This document shows positions 14,119 to 23,458 of a stretch of 24,000 nt of DNA, in pieces. How positions within the stretch are numbered: position 1 is the first letter of the stretch; every line of letters begins with the position of its first letter. Source of the DNA: Gemmataceae bacterium (GTDB lineage: Bacteria; Planctomycetota; Planctomycetia; Gemmatales; Gemmataceae); assembly GCA_046350115.1 (NCBI GenBank), contig JAXMAZ010000004.1, positions 285,054-309,053 of the forward strand, given 5' to 3'. The translations under genes were made by a program, and so were the position numbers. The notes below the pieces were generated by a model. It worked only from the letters and a program-made list of their open reading frames with translations. It was not told the origin of the DNA and ran no database searches.

Positions 14119-14727
14119 TCAGTTGCCGCCGAGCATCGCGAGGACGTCCTGGACCTTTGCCCGGTCGCCGTGGGTCGTGCTCACCTTGGCGAACGTCACC
14201 TTCCGCTTGCCGTCGATGACGAACGTCGAGGGGTACGCGGTCTCGTTCTTCGCGTCCCACCGCAACCCGTATGCAGTCGTGAAGGCGTAGTCCGGATCGA
14301 ACAGGATGGTGAAGTGGCCCGGGTAGTCCTTCCCCTTCACGAACTCGGTCGCCTTGTCCTTCAGCCCGTCGGCCGGGCCCGGGTAGACGAACAGGACCTG
14401 TGCCCCGGCCTTCTTGAACTCGTCCGCCTTGCCGCGGAACTCGGCGAACTGCTTCGTGCAGATCGGGCACTGGTAACCGGGGTAGCCCCGCAGCACGACC
14501 AGCACCACCGGACCGGCCTCGGTCGCCTTCGACAACTTCACCTTCTCGCCGCCGATGGACGCCAACTCGAAGTCCTTCGCCTCGTCGCCCACCTTCGGGC
14601 CGGCCTCGGCGGCCTTCGCGGGCTGGCCGGCGTACAGGACCGAGGACGCGGAACACACGACGAGTGCGGCGGCCAGCATCGCACCCGCGGGGGTCCGGGC
14701 GGCCCTGATCGGGGATCGGTTCGACAT
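14119..14727 (-). CDS. secreted peroxiredoxin / AhpC-TSA (redoxin) family thiol peroxidase-like protein
   Basis: Start at internal ATG 14727. Signal peptide MSNRSPIRAARTPAGAMLAAALVVCSASSVLYA, then a thioredoxin-fold pattern: DFELASIGGEKVKLS...VVLVVLRGYPGYQCPICTKQ...STFVIDGKRKV. Confidence 0.85.
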   Translation of the reverse strand: MSNRSPIRAARTPAGAMLAAALVVCSASSVLYAGQPAKAAEAGPKVGDEAKDFELASIGGEKVKLSKATEAGPVVLVVLRGYPGYQCPICTKQFAEFRGKADEFKKAGAQVLFVYPGPADGLKDKATEFVKGKDYPGHFTILFDPDYAFTTAYGLRWDAKNETAYPSTFVIDGKRKVTFAKVSTTHGDRAKVQDVLAMLGGN

Positions 14728-14807
14728 GTTCGGGTTCCACTTGTGTCTGGCCGCGCGAGGCACCACGCCGACGCGGACGGGGTTCGATGCCGGCCGATCC
14801 CGGTCCG

Positions 14808-15485
14808 TTACGCCGGAACCGCGACCCGAGCGGAAATCGCTTCCAGGGCGTCGATCAGCACCGACGGCAACTCGGCCCGGTTGGCCCGCCGGTAGCCGCT
14901 CGGCCCGGTGCCGACGAACGCCCAGTCGTGCATCCCGTCCAGGGTGTTCGCGCACATCAGGTCGGCCCCCGAGTGGACCCGCGACCGCTCCGCGACGTCG
15001 AGCAGTTCTTCGTTCGACACCCCGACTTCCAGCTTGAACTTCACGAGGGTGCCGGCGAAGCCCCACTCGGCGCGGACCTTGTCGATCAGCTTCGGCGCGG
15101 GGACGAGCCGCAGCCACAGTTCGGAGTGCGAACTCTTCACCTTCCCGGAGGCCGCGTTCTCGAAATGGCCCTCACGCCCGGCGAACACGCCGGCGACGTG
15201 GTAATCGCTCACGGCCGCCGCGTGGACCACCGCGTCGTACCGGCCGGAGGTGATCTCCTCTGCCATTAACGCGTCGAGGTCGTCGAACGTCCGGTACGGC
15301 TGGACCCGCACGCCGGCGTCTGTGTCGAGCACCTCCGGGTGCGACGTGAGCAGCGTGACGGTGTGGCCGCGGGCGGCCGCCTCCGCGGCGACCCGGGCAC
15401 CCGTCCGCCCGGAGAAGATGTTGGTGATGCACCGGACGCGGTCGATCGGCGTCTGGGTGTTCCCGGCGGTCACGAGGACGTTCAT
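14808..15485 (-). CDS. CoaB-like protein (phosphopantothenate-cysteine ligase / DFP C-terminal domain family), stand-alone
   Basis: MNVLVTAGNTQTPIDRVRCITNIFSGRTG, AAAVSDY, GKVKSS, LVKFKLE and DLMCANTL align, from memory, with the E. coli Dfp CoaB domain motifs ([46 protein letters not shown]). AAGGGAG SD before the ATG. Confidence 0.8.
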   Translation of the reverse strand: MNVLVTAGNTQTPIDRVRCITNIFSGRTGARVAAEAAARGHTVTLLTSHPEVLDTDAGVRVQPYRTFDDLDALMAEEITSGRYDAVVHAAAVSDYHVAGVFAGREGHFENAASGKVKSSHSELWLRLVPAPKLIDKVRAEWGFAGTLVKFKLEVGVSNEELLDVAERSRVHSGADLMCANTLDGMHDWAFVGTGPSGYRRANRAELPSVLIDALEAISARVAVPA

Positions 15486-15494
15486 GGCTCCCTT

Positions 15495-17093
15495 TCAGTC
15501 CGCAAGAGGGTGGACCGCGCGGTCGCGGTAGTGGGCACGCAACAGCGTGAGCAGTTCGGCCACCGTGGCCGGCCGGTGCCCCCGCCGGCGGTTCGCGTCC
15601 CCGATCCGGAACAGGAGCGCCCACTGGCGGAAGAGGGTGTGGTACGCACGCCAGAGGGGCCACGAGGGGTCGTACAGGTTCGTCGATTCCGCGGTCACGC
15701 CGTTCAGTTCGACGATCGCGAACCCGTGACCGGCCCGGAACTCGTCCGCGCTCGTGTACCGCACGTCGAACCGGCCGGCGAAGAACCCGTCGAACCGCCG
15801 CGCGACGGCGTCGAACGCGGCCTCCAGTGCCGGGGTGACGAGGTGGCCGCCGTCCCGGAACAGCGTCCCCTGGCAGTGGTTCCCCGCGGCGGCGAGCACG
15901 AGCCGCTCGCCCGCGGCAAGCACCCGGTCGGCGGTGGCTGCGTGGCGGGCCAGGAACGTCGCCGCCTGCATCCGGTAGCGGGGGTGCGCCCAGACCAACT
16001 CTTCGAGCGTGGACCGGCCGTCCCCCGTGACGACCGGGAACACCTTGTCGGTCACCGAGAAGACGTGCCCACGCTCATCGCCGGGCAGCCGGTAGTAGAA
16101 GACGCCGGCCTCGAACGGCCCGGGGTGGAACGGCTGCGCGATCACCGGCCCGGGATTCGCCCGCAGGTACTTCTCCACCTCCACCGGGTCGTGCGCCTTC
16201 CGCACGCCCGCCCCGCGCTCGCCGGCGTCCGGCTTCAGGACGAGCGGGAACGCCCACCCGCGACCGGCGACCGCGTCGAGCACCCGCGGCAGCCGGTCGC
16301 CGACTTCTCCGGGCGGGACCAGGACCGTCGGCACCACCCACTGCGGTGGGAGGTTCGAAAGGATGTCGGCCTTCGACTCGCCGGCCACGCCGCCGGCCGG
16401 GACGATGCCGGGGTTCGCCGCGGTCCAGACGGTGAGGCTCCGGTATCGGGCCGCGAGGTAAAGGACCCACGGGACGAGCGGCAGGTAGAACACCCACGCC
16501 GGCCAGAACTCCCACCGCCACAGCCGCGACACCGCCGCGGCCAGCTTCGCCCGGCCGACGCGGGTGAACAGCGGGGGGGTGACGCGCGCCGCCGCGTACA
16601 CGCCGAGGAACGTGGCGAGTAGTACCCGGGTGGACACCGCGTCGCCCAGTCGGGCGACGGCGAGGACGATGAGCGGGGTCCACGCCAGCGCGGCGACGGC
16701 CGCCCACATCAGGAATCGGGTTCCGCCGCGGGGCGCGACGCCGGCCGCGAGCAGGAGCGGCACCCGCGTGCCCGGCAGGACGCGCGAGACGAACGCCGCG
16801 GCCCCGCCGCGTCGAGCGAGCCAATCCCCCACCTCGGCCAGTCGCGCCGCCGACACCCTGCCGCGGACCCACCGGCTCCCGCCGCGGCCGAGCAGCCAGA
16901 CGCCGGCGTCGCCGAGCACGATCCCCGCGAAGCACGCGGCGACCGCCGGGAGCCAGTCCAGCCGCGCCGCGGCGACCAGGAGCCCGGCCGCGACGCACGT
17001 CAGGTCTTCCGAGACGAGCGCGGCCACGACGATGGCGAGCACCAGCGCCCACGGCCCGGCCGCCGCGCCGGGGTCGAACGGGAGGGGGGTCAT
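15495..17093 (-). CDS. fusion protein: N-terminal DedA/VTT (SNARE-associated) membrane domain plus C-terminal ATP-grasp-like carboxylate-amine ligase domain
   Basis: N-terminal half: hydrophobic segments with VSEDLTCVAAGLLV and FVSRVLPGTRVP, which are DedA-type motifs. C-terminal half: PLVLKPDAGERGAGV...VIAQPF...GRFDVRY...FAIVELNGVTAESTNLYDP, an ATP-grasp-like pattern. The start ATG 17093 overlaps the upstream stop as ATGA. The 780-aa track ORF is a read-through. Confidence 0.75.
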   Translation of the reverse strand: MTPLPFDPGAAAGPWALVLAIVVAALVSEDLTCVAAGLLVAAARLDWLPAVAACFAGIVLGDAGVWLLGRGGSRWVRGRVSAARLAEVGDWLARRGGAAAFVSRVLPGTRVPLLLAAGVAPRGGTRFLMWAAVAALAWTPLIVLAVARLGDAVSTRVLLATFLGVYAAARVTPPLFTRVGRAKLAAAVSRLWRWEFWPAWVFYLPLVPWVLYLAARYRSLTVWTAANPGIVPAGGVAGESKADILSNLPPQWVVPTVLVPPGEVGDRLPRVLDAVAGRGWAFPLVLKPDAGERGAGVRKAHDPVEVEKYLRANPGPVIAQPFHPGPFEAGVFYYRLPGDERGHVFSVTDKVFPVVTGDGRSTLEELVWAHPRYRMQAATFLARHAATADRVLAAGERLVLAAAGNHCQGTLFRDGGHLVTPALEAAFDAVARRFDGFFAGRFDVRYTSADEFRAGHGFAIVELNGVTAESTNLYDPSWPLWRAYHTLFRQWALLFRIGDANRRRGHRPATVAELLTLLRAHYRDRAVHPLAD

Positions 17094-17839
17094 GGCACAC
17101 CGACGGGGGCGAGGGGGAGGTGGACGATCTGGCGCTCGGCCGGCCGGTCCGGGGCGTCCGGGTGGTAGGCGAACGTGGCCGCCGCGGGGCCGAGGTCGAT
17201 GACGGCGTGGCTGACGGTCCGGGCGTCGGCCCGCTCCATGTTCACGCTCAGGTGTGGGTGGTCTGGCCACCGGTGGCGGTGGAACGCGTCCTGGGCCGCC
17301 TCCCACCCGTCGGCCGGGCCGGCGAACAGGCCGTCGAACAATTCCCGTCGGACGCCCTCGACTAGGTGGTCGCCGAGCCCCGACGAGGTGAACAGCAGGG
17401 GAGTTCCCCCGACCAGCCGGCTCATGACCATCGGCTGGCGGCCGTCCCACTGGATGTCCGCGCCGATCCCGCTCCCGACCAGTACCAGCCGGAACGGGGC
17501 GAAGTCCGGGTAGCGGACCGCCCGCTCCAGGACGCCGAGGGCGGCGGCGGGGGTGGCACACTCCAGCAGGGCCGGGATGATCTCGCCGCGGCTGCGGCAC
17601 GGGGGGCGTCCGCGCCGCACGTCCCGGGGGTTGGCGTTCAAGACGGCGAGAGCCAGGCCGGCGTCGTTGACGCCCAGCCAGGTGCCGCCGGAGACCGGGT
17701 CCGTGGGGAGCACGGCCTCGCGGCCCCCGAACCCCCGCCGGGCGGGCGGCAGGCCGGGCGGCCGTGTTCGCTGTTCGTCCCGGTTGAACGCCAACCGGAC
17801 CCGGTCGCCCGGTAACGGGGCGACGGTCAGCGTGCACAT
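17090..17839 (-). CDS. NRDE family protein (TANGO2 homologue)
   Basis: Begins MCTL (Cys2) and contains LAFNRDE, GGTWLGVN and FTSSGLGD, the hallmarks of the NRDE/TANGO2 family. Start at internal ATG 17839; the upstream part of the 579-aa ORF is non-coding-like. Confidence 0.85.
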   Translation of the reverse strand: MCTLTVAPLPGDRVRLAFNRDEQRTRPPGLPPARRGFGGREAVLPTDPVSGGTWLGVNDAGLALAVLNANPRDVRRGRPPCRSRGEIIPALLECATPAAALGVLERAVRYPDFAPFRLVLVGSGIGADIQWDGRQPMVMSRLVGGTPLLFTSSGLGDHLVEGVRRELFDGLFAGPADGWEAAQDAFHRHRWPDHPHLSVNMERADARTVSHAVIDLGPAAATFAYHPDAPDRPAERQIVHLPLAPVGVP

Positions 17840-18402
17840 GCGCGGCTCCGCTGGTGGGCGATGGTGGATGGGGCGTACCCGAAGTCGGCCGGTAACCCGG
17901 TGCCGAGCAGCTTCGCCAGGATGCCGATGATCGCGTTGTGGTGGACCGTGTGACTGACGACGAACGCCAGTTCCCGGTCCGGACTGGTGACGGCCGTGAC
18001 CGGAGGCCGGTCGGGGGCGACCAGGGCCATCAGTTTCACCAGGTGCGGCACCGTGTGCCACGCGAACTCGGTCAACTCCTGCTCCAGACGGAGGATCTCG
18101 GCCATCGCGGCGAGCCGGTCCCGCTCCACGTCGGTCCCGCGGTCGCGGTGGTCGTAGTCCACCACACCGGCCCGCAGGCCGCGGAGTAGCGCCGCGACGT
18201 GGTCGAGGTTGTGGCGGACGTGGCCGCCGACGCTGCTTTCGACCACCCCGACCGGCTTGCGGGCGTACTCCTCGTTCGAGAGCGACTCGACCAGGTCGAA
18301 CAGTTGGTGCAACAGGCCGATGAGCGGGCGGACGGCCGGAGGCTCGGGCCGGAGACAGCAGGGGCGGCCGGAGAGGTCGGGGGCGCGGGCTGGCTGGATC
18401 AT
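17827..18402 (-). CDS. DinB-family (DinB_2-like four-helix bundle, putative metal-binding) protein
   Basis: His triad pattern: GGHVRHNLDH ... (about 100 aa) ... VSHTVHHNAII. Size 191 aa. Overlaps the NRDE start by 13 nt. Confidence 0.7.
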   Translation of the reverse strand: MIQPARAPDLSGRPCCLRPEPPAVRPLIGLLHQLFDLVESLSNEEYARKPVGVVESSVGGHVRHNLDHVAALLRGLRAGVVDYDHRDRGTDVERDRLAAMAEILRLEQELTEFAWHTVPHLVKLMALVAPDRPPVTAVTSPDRELAFVVSHTVHHNAIIGILAKLLGTGLPADFGYAPSTIAHQRSRACAR

Positions 18403-18561
18403 AGGGGTGGATCCGGTCGGGGGCGGGTCGGCTTTGTTCGTTCGATGCGAGCCGGCCCGCCGGGTTACACCCGTCCGTCACACAATCACGCCGGCACAGA
18501 AAACGAGCGGGCCGCCGGCGCTTCCTCCGGCGGCCCGTCGGTGCTGTGGTGGGGCACGGCC

Positions 18562-19059
18562 TCACGCGGCGCGACCCATCCCCAGCCGCTCCCGGAGGCG
18601 GCCGACGAACGGCAGTTGTCGCCACCGGAACGCGAGTACGACGAGCGACCCGGCCGCGACGGCCAGGGCCAGCCCGAACAGCAACCCGCCGTCTCCCTCG
18701 CCGGTGTCCGGGTTCTTCACCTCGATCCCCAGGGACGTGAGGTGCGTCAGGATCGCCCCGCCGATCACGGCCAGGCCCAATGCCGCCCCGGTCGCCGCGC
18801 ACCGCGGGATCAGCAGCAGGACGACGCACGCCAACTCCGCCAGTCCGACCAGCGTCGCCGCAGGGCGGCCGCCGCGGGACTCAAAGATGTACCGCGTCTC
18901 GGGGGCGTAGGTGAACTTGAAGAACAGCGTCTGCGCCAGGATCACCGCCACCACGACCTGCGCCGCCCACGGCACCACCCGCGCCGCCCACGGGCCGCTC
19001 GTTGCAGGCCCGCCCATCCGCCCGGCTGTCGGACCTGTCGTCGGCGACTGTGTCGTCAT
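18562..19059 (-). CDS. DoxX family membrane protein
   Basis: Four hydrophobic segments (VVVAVILAQTLFFKF, LAELACVVLLLIP, LGLAVIGGAILTHL, LLFGLALAVAAGSLVVL), typical of DoxX-like proteins. Start placed at ATG 19059, with GAGGG upstream. Confidence 0.7.
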   Translation of the reverse strand: MTTQSPTTGPTAGRMGGPATSGPWAARVVPWAAQVVVAVILAQTLFFKFTYAPETRYIFESRGGRPAATLVGLAELACVVLLLIPRCAATGAALGLAVIGGAILTHLTSLGIEVKNPDTGEGDGGLLFGLALAVAAGSLVVLAFRWRQLPFVGRLRERLGMGRAA

Positions 19060-19107
19060 GTCGGTTGCCCTCGTTCGGGTTCGGTGCGGCCTCGCCCGCG
19101 ACCGCGT

Positions 19108-19129
19108 GTCCGGGTACGATGACCCGGAC
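19108..19129. promoter_or_regulatory. 8-bp inverted repeat GTCCGGGT-N6-ACCCGGAC in the divergent doxX / sigma-54 activator intergenic region
   Basis: Perfect arms with a 6-nt spacer, located between the two divergent starts (19059 and 19191). Confidence 0.25.
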
Positions 19130-19190
19130 ATCTCGGTGGTTACACCCGTAGTCCGCAATCCTTCGCCGCCCTCCGGCCCGAGGTCGCCCG

Positions 19191-21113
<1,923 letters not shown>

Positions 21114-21139
21114 ACCCCTCCCACGATCCCCCGTGGCTC

Positions 21140-21157
21140 CCCACGACATGTCGTGGG
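21140..21157. promoter_or_regulatory. perfect 18-bp palindrome CCCACGACATGTCGTGGG (terminator of the activator gene or enhancer/UAS site)
   Basis: Self-complementary. It lies 27 nt after the activator stop and about 110 nt upstream of the candidate -24 element. An additional CCCACGA half-site is at 21120-21126. Confidence 0.4.
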
Positions 21158-21266
21158 TGGTGCGGGCGTGACGACCCACACCGCCAGCAACGCGTTACTA
21201 CACCTCTCTTCGCATCTCGATAAATTACAGCGGCTTGTGTCAAACGCAGATCGCCCGAAGGCCGTT

Positions 21267-21282
21267 CGGCACGCCGCTCGCA
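21267..21282 (+). promoter_or_regulatory. candidate sigma-54 (-24/-12) promoter upstream of the ECF sigma factor gene
   Basis: CGGCACGCCGCTCGCA versus the consensus TGGCACG-N4-TTGCW. The invariant GG and GC are present with exact canonical spacing, and there are two flanking T-to-C mismatches. It lies 45 nt upstream of ATG 21327. Confidence 0.45.
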
Positions 21283-21326
21283 TTAGTGGTCACTCACAAC
21301 CGAATTTCCCTCACGCCGAGTGACCC

Positions 21327-21926
21327 ATGACCACGACCGTGGCCGGGTGCGGTCCCCGCACGCCCGCATCGAATCCCGACACCGAAGCCGCCCTGGTCGC
21401 CCGCCTGCGGGCGGGCGACGAGGACGCATACGAAACCCTGTTCCGCTCCCACGCCGGGGCGATGCTGGCGGTCGCCCGCCGGTTCCTCGGCGACACCGAC
21501 GCGGCCGCCGACGCTGTCCAGGAGGCGTTCGTGTCGGCGTTCCGGGCGATGCCGTCGTTCGAGGGGACCGCCCGGCTGGGGACGTGGCTGCACCGGATCA
21601 CCGTCAACGCCTGCCTGATGGCCCTCCGCGGCCGGCGGCGGAGCCGGCTCGTCCCCCTCGGCGAACACGCTGCCCCGATCGCCACACAGGACCAGGACCC
21701 GCTGAGCCGAACCGAGACGGCCGCATGGGTTCGAGCCGGCATCGCGCAGTTGCCGGACGCTTACCGGACGGTGATCCGGCTCCGCGACCTGGACGGGTTA
21801 GACACCCACGAGACGGCCCGGCGGTTGGGCACCAGCGTGGAGGTGGTCAAGACCCGCCTGCACCGCGCCCGCCAGGCGCTCCGCTCCCTGCTCGCGCCCC
21901 GGTTGCCGGTGATGTGCGGGGCGTGA
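21327..21926 (+). CDS. RNA polymerase sigma-70 family, ECF subfamily sigma factor
   Basis: Region 2: AYETLFRSHAGAMLAVARRFLGDTDAAADAVQEAFVSAFR...LGTWLHRITVNACL. Region 4: LPDAYRTVIRLRDLDGLDTHETARRLGTSVEVVKTRLHRARQAL. Confidence 0.9.
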   Translation: MTTTVAGCGPRTPASNPDTEAALVARLRAGDEDAYETLFRSHAGAMLAVARRFLGDTDAAADAVQEAFVSAFRAMPSFEGTARLGTWLHRITVNACLMALRGRRRSRLVPLGEHAAPIATQDQDPLSRTETAAWVRAGIAQLPDAYRTVIRLRDLDGLDTHETARRLGTSVEVVKTRLHRARQALRSLLAPRLPVMCGA

Positions 21927-21928
21927 CC

Positions 21929-22336
21929 CTACCGGTCGGTGACCAGATAGGCGTGCCCGTCGGGGTCGCGTGCCAGGAGGCCCCGCGTGTACCCGAGCGG
22001 GCCGTCGGCCAACGTCACCAGCCCCGGAGAAACGAGCCGGCCGCGACCGAGGTCGGCGAGTCGCTCCGGGTCGGTCGCCCGCACCCGGACGTGCCAGTGC
22101 CACAGGTCGTTCGCCCGCGAGTCGCGGGGCATCGGCCGCCCGTCCCGCGGGGCCAGGTACTCCAGGAGCTCGACGCCCGGCCCGTTCGCCGCGCGGAGCG
22201 ACGTGATCCGCACCCTCGCCCCGAACACGTTGTTCAGGTGCTCCTGCTCGGTGCCCGAGTTCTCGCTCCCCCCGGCCACCGTCAGCCCCAACCGGTCGCG
22301 GTAGTGGGCGAGGGCCGTGTCGGTGTCCGCCACCAC
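21929..22336 (-). CDS. VOC (glyoxalase/bleomycin resistance/dioxygenase) family protein, probably 5'-truncated
   Basis: SENSGTEQEHLNNVFGARVRITSLRAANGPGVELLEYLAPRDGRP...LARDPDGHAYLV. The in-frame sequence upstream of the GTG at 22336 still encodes the first beta-strand of the fold (LFLGIDHTAIV, up to 22366). No ATG/GTG/TTG start lies before the in-frame stop at 22382-22384. Confidence 0.75.
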   Translation of the reverse strand: MVADTDTALAHYRDRLGLTVAGGSENSGTEQEHLNNVFGARVRITSLRAANGPGVELLEYLAPRDGRPMPRDSRANDLWHWHVRVRATDPERLADLGRGRLVSPGLVTLADGPLGYTRGLLARDPDGHAYLVTDR

Positions 22337-22456
22337 GATCGCCGTGTGGTCGATGCCGAGGAACAGCCGGTCTGATTTTTTCTATGCCGGCAAGCCTGAC
22401 TGGCGGTGCGGAAGGCGAGTAGGGATGATGGGTTGCACTTCCACGGAGGGGACCCG

Positions 22457-23458
22457 ATGGCCCGCCGCACCGCCCGCCCCGCCCCGACCGCCGAACAGAT
22501 CCTCGTGCCAGTGACCACGACCTGCGTGGCCTGCGGCCAGCACCTGCACCTCGACTACGCGAACTTCCGGACGATCACCTCCCTGACCGGGGTCACCCGG
22601 TACACGCTCCGGATCGGCCGGTGCCGGCACGCCCCGTGCGACCTGTTCACCGTCCCGTTCCGGCCCGAGGCCGAGGGCCGCCTGGCGCTGCCGCACCACG
22701 AGTTCGGCCTGGACGTGGTCGCGTACGCCGGGAACCGCCGGTACACCGCCCACCGGACGGCCCCCGAGATCCACGCCGAGTTGACCGCACGCGGGCTGGC
22801 CCTGTCCGTCCGCACCGTGACGAACTTGCTCCACCGGTTCGACGGGTTGCTGGCCCTGGCCGCGACCGACCCGACCCGGCTGCGGCCGGCGCTCGAGAAG
22901 CAGGGCCGGGTGCTGCTGGCCATCGACGGGCTGCAACCGGACGTCGGGCACGAGGTGCTGTGGGTCATCCGCGACTGCCTGAGCGGCCGGGTCGTGCTGG
23001 CCAAGGCCCTCCTGTCGGGGACCGCGGCCGACCTGTCCGGGCTGCTGGCCCGCGCCGCGGACGCGGTCGGGGTGCCGGTCGCCGGGGTGGTGTCCGACGG
23101 CCAGCACTCGATCCGCAACGCCGTCGCACGGGCTCTGCCGGGGGTGCCGCACCAGCTGTGCCAGTTCCACTACCTGCGGGAGGCGGCCCTGCCCGTCTAC
23201 GAGGCCGACCGGCACGCCAAGAAGGAACTCAAGAAGCACGTCCGCGGGGTCCGCGAGATCGAGCGCCAGGTCGAGGATCGCGCCGACCCGCAGGCCGAGG
23301 TGGTCCGCGGGTACTGCGCCGCGGTCCGCGGGGCGTTGACCGACGACGGCCGGCCGCCGCTGGACTCGGCCGGGCTGCGGCTGCGGGACCGGTTGGCCGC
23401 GGTGGCCGACAGCCTGGCCCGGGTCGGGGCCGTAAAAGGGGGGCGCCGCGGGAGCTGA
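22457..23458 (+). CDS. DDE transposase, N-terminal ORF (zinc-finger-like CxxC...CxxxxC, catalytic D, D, E candidates)
   Basis: MARRTARP...TTCVACGQHLHL...GRCRHAPCD, then LLAIDGLQPDVGHEVLWVIRD, VVSDGQHSIRNAV and QLCQFHYLREAA. Ends at TGA 23456-23458, shortly after an A4G6 run. Confidence 0.8.
   Translation: MARRTARPAPTAEQILVPVTTTCVACGQHLHLDYANFRTITSLTGVTRYTLRIGRCRHAPCDLFTVPFRPEAEGRLALPHHEFGLDVVAYAGNRRYTAHRTAPEIHAELTARGLALSVRTVTNLLHRFDGLLALAATDPTRLRPALEKQGRVLLAIDGLQPDVGHEVLWVIRDCLSGRVVLAKALLSGTAADLSGLLARAADAVGVPVAGVVSDGQHSIRNAVARALPGVPHQLCQFHYLREAALPVYEADRHAKKELKKHVRGVREIERQVEDRADPQAEVVRGYCAAVRGALTDDGRPPLDSAGLRLRDRLAAVADSLARVGAVKGGRRGS

Noticed and set aside
15495-18829. The 780-aa (15495-17837) and 579-aa (17090-18829) minus-strand ORFs taken as giant proteins.
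   Set aside because: The upstream portions are Arg/Pro-rich and overlap the real NRDE and DinB-like genes in other frames. Internal ATGs at 17093 and 17839 give proteins that start exactly where family homology starts (MTPLPFD..., MCTLTV...).
21927-22336. An anti-sigma factor gene expected directly downstream of the ECF sigma factor.
   Set aside because: The next gene is convergent, with its stop 2 nt after the sigma stop, and is clearly a VOC-fold protein. No zinc-finger/TM anti-sigma ORF is present.
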